Source: Janibacter sp. GXQ6167 (lineage in GTDB: Bacteria > Actinomycetota > Actinomycetes > Actinomycetales > Dermatophilaceae). From it: a stretch of DNA of 10,179 bases. Of this stretch, positions 7,057 through 10,179 are shown piece after piece; position 1 is the first letter of the stretch; each line of letters begins with the position of its first letter. The position numbers and the translations under genes are program-made. The notes under the pieces were generated by a model. The model was not told the origin of the DNA. It saw only the letters and a program-made list of their open reading frames with translations, and did not search any database. Where the stretch lies: contig NZ_JBGFSK010000017.1 of NCBI RefSeq assembly GCF_041365945.1, forward strand, positions 2,555-12,733, in the 5' to 3' direction.

Positions 7057-8256
7057 ATGAAGATCTACGACGTCATCAAGAACGAGACCGGCCTTCTCAA
7101 CGACGGCCTGGGCTCGAAGGCCGTGCTGGCGTGGAAGTTCACCGGTGAGGACTTCAACGACAACACGCAGCTGATCGTCTCCGAATCGGAGGAGGCGATC
7201 TTCATCCGCGACGGCATCGCCGTGGCGACCTTCGGCGGCGGCCGCTACACGCTCAACAGCAACAACCACCCCTTCATCGGCAGGCTGAGGAACCTGCTCT
7301 CCGGCGGGGTGAGCGCGTTCAGCTCGCGGGTGTACTTCGTCAACATCGATCACAAGTTGGAACTGCTGTGGGGCACCGACAGCCCGATCCAGCTCCGCGA
7401 CCCGGTCTGGAGCCTGCAGACCAGCGTGCAGGCGCGCGGCTCGTACTCGATCCAGGTGACGGACTCCAAGAAGTTCCTGATCAAACTGCTCGGCACCAAC
7501 ATCCAGGTTTTCGACGAGCAGCAGCTCGCCGGCTACTTCCGCAGCGCCTTCTCGCAGCACATCCGCGGACAGATCGCCCGCTACATCCGCGACTCCGGCC
7601 AGGAGATCCTGGAGATCACCTCGGACATCGAGCTGCTGGCCGAGCAGCTGCACCCGAGGCTCGCACCGCTGCTGGATGAGTACGGCGTGAAGCTCGTCAA
7701 CTTCTACATCGCCGCGATCGACATCCCCACCGACGACCCGAACCGCCAAGTGCTGGAGAACTCGATCGCACAGAAGCAGGCCAAGCTGCAGAGCGCGCAG
7801 GGCGATAAGGCCGTCATGGGGCTGCTCGGGGAAGACTGGGCCAGGCAGCAGTCGGCCACCATCCTCACCGAGCTCGCCAAGAACCCCGGCGCGGGTGGCG
7901 TGGCTTCCGCGGGTGCCGCAGCAGGCGTTGGCCTGGCTGCGGGCAGCGTCTTCGGGGAGATGGCGACGCAGATGTTCACGCGCCCCGTCCAGCCCGCAGG
8001 CGACCCGATGGCTGGCAATGTCGGGCGCAACCGCACATCGCGCTTCTCGCCCGCAGAGCCTGCCGCGCCGGCCGCCGCCGAGACGTGTCCGGGCTGCGGC
8101 GCGAGCGTGGCGGCGGGAGCGAAGTTCTGCCCGGAGTGCGGCAACCGTCTCGCACCTCAGCAGGTGCCCTGCTCGGGTTGCGGAACCGCAATCGCGAGCA
8201 CGGCCAAGTTCTGCCCCGAATGCGGAACGCCGAACAACCAGGGAGCATCCTCATGA
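7057..8256 (+). CDS. SPFH/Band-7-family protein (COG4260 / PF13421-like, 'putative virion core protein' group) with C-terminal tandem (double) zinc ribbons, 399 aa. YdjI-like.
   Basis: The N-terminal ~250 aa match the COG4260 pattern as I recall it: MKIYDVIKNE…, GGRYTLNSNNHPFIG, YFVNIDHKLELLWGTDSPI, ARGSYSIQVTDSKKF. A Gly/Ala-rich linker follows. Then come two tandem ribbons, CPGCG-x9-FCPECG and CSGCG-x9-FCPECG (8086-8229). The stop overlaps the next start (ATGA at 8253-8256). Confidence 0.85.
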   Translation: MKIYDVIKNETGLLNDGLGSKAVLAWKFTGEDFNDNTQLIVSESEEAIFIRDGIAVATFGGGRYTLNSNNHPFIGRLRNLLSGGVSAFSSRVYFVNIDHKLELLWGTDSPIQLRDPVWSLQTSVQARGSYSIQVTDSKKFLIKLLGTNIQVFDEQQLAGYFRSAFSQHIRGQIARYIRDSGQEILEITSDIELLAEQLHPRLAPLLDEYGVKLVNFYIAAIDIPTDDPNRQVLENSIAQKQAKLQSAQGDKAVMGLLGEDWARQQSATILTELAKNPGAGGVASAGAAAGVGLAAGSVFGEMATQMFTRPVQPAGDPMAGNVGRNRTSRFSPAEPAAPAAAETCPGCGASVAAGAKFCPECGNRLAPQQVPCSGCGTAIASTAKFCPECGTPNNQGASS

Positions 8257-8930
8257 CCCGCACGATCCTGCGCGCCATCCTGTGGCTCGTCCCCATCGCC
8301 GTCTACGTCGCCATCTTCCTCATCCTCGAGGCCCCGCAGGGCGCGACGTTCTGGACGTCCGCACTGCTGCTGGCGTTCGCCTACGTCATGCTCGCCGTCA
8401 GTTTCGTCGCCGTGCCGCGCAGTCGGATAGCCGCGATCCTGGCCATGCCCCTGATCCTGGTGGCGAGCATCTACTTCACTGCCGAGCTCATCGCGGCCAG
8501 CATCTTCATCTACGTGCAGGACATTCCATACCCGTGGGTGATCATCACGCAGCTGATCCTGGCCGCGATCTTCCTCGTCGTGTTCCTCACCACCTTGTTG
8601 TCCAACGAGGCCATCGCCGCCCAGATCGAGACCCAGCACGCCGACGTCCTGGTGATCAAGAGCGCCGTCACCCGCATCACGGCCCTGGGACGTGTCGCCC
8701 ACGATCCGCGCCTGGCGAAGTCGCTGGACGGGCTGGCCGAGGAGTTCCGCTACAGCCCGACGATGCGCTCGAACCAGGTGCGCGAAGTCGACGCGCAGAT
8801 CGCCGTGCAGCTCGAGCGACTGGAGAGCCTCGTCCACATCCAAGCTTCGCAAGAGGATACCGTCGGCCAGATCGCGGCGATATCCGGGGCGCTCGCTTCA
8901 CGCAACGAGGCGATCAAGCTCCGCCAGTAG
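8253..8930 (+). CDS. Integral membrane protein (225 aa). It has 4 predicted TM helices and a ~75-aa C-terminal helical, coiled-coil-like cytoplasmic tail.
   Basis: ATG at 8253 with GGGAG at 8241-8245. It has four long hydrophobic segments (ILWLVPIAVYVAIFLIL; ALLLAFAYVMLAVSFVAV; AAILAMPLILVASIYFTAELIAASIFIYV; VIITQLILAAIFLVVFLTTLL). The track's longer ORF starting at 8085 overlaps the zinc-ribbon coding region of the upstream gene in another frame, so I reject it. Confidence 0.75.
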   Translation: MTRTILRAILWLVPIAVYVAIFLILEAPQGATFWTSALLLAFAYVMLAVSFVAVPRSRIAAILAMPLILVASIYFTAELIAASIFIYVQDIPYPWVIITQLILAAIFLVVFLTTLLSNEAIAAQIETQHADVLVIKSAVTRITALGRVAHDPRLAKSLDGLAEEFRYSPTMRSNQVREVDAQIAVQLERLESLVHIQASQEDTVGQIAAISGALASRNEAIKLRQ

Positions 8931-9226
8931 GAGGAGGTGCATAGGGCAGACCCGCGCGCAGATCCGGCCACGGCTGCGGCACCAGCTGGTCGAGCGTGAC
9001 ACCGAGCACCTGCGCGATGGCCATGATCTTGCGCAGACTCGGGTTGGCCGGAGTCTCCGGCATCGACTCGCCCTTCTCGAACTTCTGGAAGGTGTAGCGC
9101 GTGAGCCCAGCGGCGTAGGCAACCTGCTCCTGGGTGAGTCCACGGTCGATCCGGTGCCGCTGAATGCTGGCACCAAGTTCGCGCGCGTACTGGGGCCAAG
9201 GGCCATCGGGTCGTCGTTTTTGCCAT
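8914..9226 (-). pseudogene. XRE-family helix-turn-helix transcriptional regulator (~104 aa if repaired). Its reading frame is disrupted by a +1 frameshift in a T5 homopolymer (plus strand 9217-9221) immediately after the start codon.
   Basis: The minus-strand frame reads …KRRPDGPWPQYARELGASIQRHRIDRGLTQEQVAYAAGLTRYTFQKFEKGESMPETPANPSLRKIMAIAQVLGVTLDQLVPQPWPDLRAGLPYAPPPTGGA*. This is the classic XRE pattern (GLTQEQVA…G…R…ExG). There is no in-frame start, and a stop lies directly upstream. The ATG at the RC of 9224-9226 is +1 out of frame. Deleting one A from the AAAAA run restores MAKRRPDGPWPQYARELG…. The 3' end overlaps the 3' end of the convergent membrane-protein gene by ~17 bp. Confidence 0.6.
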
Positions 9227-9376
9227 CACCCCAGGCTGAGCAGGTGGCCTCCCGGAACGAACCTCCTGTATATGGCAATAGATCCGCTCGATCAGTAACC
9301 CCGCGTGGCCGTCGGCGACGATAGGCGCATGAATGAAGAAGGCCCGGGAGCCGCTCCAGCCGAGAACTCGTGGTTC

Positions 9377-9919
9377 TCAAGGCCGGGGCGAACTCCCGAG
9401 CAGGGCGTGCAGCTGATGGCTGGCTGGTGAGACGGCGCGAATGCGGGTCTCGTGGAGGGCGGGGTCGTGCGTGCGCAGGTACATCGCCCAGAACGCCGCG
9501 TCGGCATACGTTGTGTGCAGATCTGACTGCGCCCGCCAGCCGCTCGAAGCGGTGCGCCGGTAGCCGACTTCGTAAGGGCCGCCATGCAGGAGTTCCTGCA
9601 CGAGTGATGCCGGGACGTCACCGACCGGGTAGGTGCTGCCGATATCGCCCACGAGGAGCACGTCGCCGTGCAACGCCGGCCGCTGCCTTGAAGTGGTGTC
9701 CCAGAACCAGCGCAGCGACGAGGCGCGCAGGTTCATCGGGAGCCCGTTTCGGCGGTCGTCGGCGTCGAGCCACATCGTGACACCTCGGCTCTCGATGTCG
9801 ATCGGGATCACCAGATCAGCGAGCTGCTGAATGTCTGCGAACCCTGCGACCTCCCGCGTTTCGAGTTGTTGCTCGATCTGCGCCGGGATGAGAACAGCCG
9901 TGACGGTCTCACCATTCAC
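9377..9919 (-). CDS. Hypothetical protein, 180 aa, Trp-rich. It may be a small mobile-element-associated protein.
   Basis: It is the longest ORF in this region, with a balanced amino-acid composition (MNGETVTAVLIPAQIEQQLETREVAGFADIQQLADLVIPIDIESRGVTMWLDADDRRNGLPMNLRASSLRWFWDT…). The overlapping plus-strand ORF 9370..9780 is Arg/Pro-rich junk. No convincing SD sits upstream, so confidence is moderate. Confidence 0.45.
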   Translation of the reverse strand: MNGETVTAVLIPAQIEQQLETREVAGFADIQQLADLVIPIDIESRGVTMWLDADDRRNGLPMNLRASSLRWFWDTTSRQRPALHGDVLLVGDIGSTYPVGDVPASLVQELLHGGPYEVGYRRTASSGWRAQSDLHTTYADAAFWAMYLRTHDPALHETRIRAVSPASHQLHALLGSSPRP

Positions 9920-10074
9920 GACGGCTCACCCGCAGTGAGGCAGTAGTGCCCCGTAGCGTGGTGTAGCCCGCGGTGGCCGGCTCGTCGTTCGCGACGTAGG
10001 CGCGGTCACCGTGTGATCCTTCGAGAAGTCTCTTACCTCCACTCGAAAGGCATCATCACGATGACCGCTCCTCA

Positions 10075-10136
10075 TATTGTCGACAGTGAGGATGGGTTTT
10101 GGCATCCCCGGGTGGAGGTCTGACTCGATTGTCGAC
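10075..10136. promoter_or_regulatory. Two copies of a palindrome-containing motif ATTGTCGAC, 53 bp apart, upstream of the minus-strand gene ending at 9919. They are putative operator sites.
   Basis: ATTGTCGACAG at 10075-10085 (core TGTCGACA, a perfect 8-bp palindrome) and ATTGTCGACGG at 10128-10138 (core GTCGAC). The 53-bp spacing is about five helical turns. Confidence 0.25.
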
Positions 10137-10179
10137 GGGCGTCAGCGACTGCCTTTGCATGGGATTCGTCGATCTTCAG

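Noticed and set aside
6949-7749. 266-aa minus-strand ORF antisense to the SPFH gene.
   Set aside because: It has no domain signal and lies antisense to a gene with strong family-level similarity.
8085-8252. Upstream extension of the 4-TM membrane protein ORF (track start 8085).
   Set aside because: It overlaps the zinc-ribbon coding region of the SPFH gene in another frame. The ATG at 8253 with GGGAG 7 nt upstream and the ATGA coupling is the sensible start.
7895-8944. 349-aa plus-strand ORF and 231-aa minus-strand ORF (8157..8852) overlapping the SPFH 3' end and the 4-TM gene.
   Set aside because: They are Arg/Pro/His-rich junk frames. The 4-TM frame gives clean hydrophobic helices.
8750-9380. 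Minus-strand ORFs 8750..9229 and 8898..9380, used by the ORF track in the XRE region.
   Set aside because: Neither encodes a helix-turn-helix or any recognisable protein. The third minus-strand frame encodes a textbook XRE domain, so these are frame artefacts around the homopolymer frameshift.
10061-10126. 21-codon ORF (MTAPHIVDSEDGFWHPRVEV) and a possible plus-strand gene start (TTG 10129 or ATG 10159 after GGAGGT 10113-10118) running off the window.
   Set aside because: It is too short or incomplete to evaluate, and I cannot distinguish it from chance within a regulatory region.
1-10179. Search for CRISPR arrays, tRNA/tmRNA genes at the island edge, and canonical rRNA genes.
   Set aside because: I found no regularly spaced direct repeats, no tRNA-like T-arm/anticodon architecture and no full-length rRNA similarity. 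Only the short SRL-like motif was seen, and I report it as a finding.

Overview
This is a high-GC window that looks actinobacterial. It has three parts. (1) Positions 1-1653 are mobile-element debris. The first ~537 bp is an unassigned, compositionally distinct non-coding stretch. On its minus strand it carries a 15-16 nt sarcin-ricin-loop-like motif. An ISL3-family insertion sequence follows (transposase N-terminal portion, frameshifted and truncated at ~540; terminal inverted repeat GGGCTCTTC... at ~1236). That IS has itself inserted into, and truncated, a tyrosine-recombinase (integrase) gene. Only the integrase N-terminal core-binding domain survives (1237-1653, minus strand). (2) Positions 1715-8930 hold a tightly packed, co-directional six-gene operon on the plus strand. 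In order, the genes encode: a zinc-ribbon protein with a TPR-like helical domain; a small N-terminally membrane-anchored protein; an 894-aa HerA/FtsK-superfamily (DUF87-like) ATPase with a ~420-aa unassigned N-terminal domain; a 393-aa protein with a ~270-aa polyacidic low-complexity region; an SPFH/Band-7 protein with C-terminal tandem zinc ribbons; and a 4-TM membrane protein. Two gene junctions are ATGA stop/start overlaps. The zinc-ribbon, membrane and SPFH genes recall the Bacillus PspA-associated YdjG/H/I module. Here no PspA is present and a HerA-like ATPase plus an acidic protein are embedded instead. That combination sits next to integrase/IS remnants, which makes it a candidate uncharacterised membrane-surveillance or defence system. 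(3) Positions 8914-10179, minus strand, hold an XRE-family helix-turn-helix regulator whose reading frame is broken at a T5 homopolymer. Upstream of it on that strand is a 180-aa hypothetical gene, and beyond that a pair of TTGTCGAC palindromic repeats. I found no rRNA or tRNA genes and no CRISPR array that I can support. Several long antisense ORFs in the track are high-GC artefacts.
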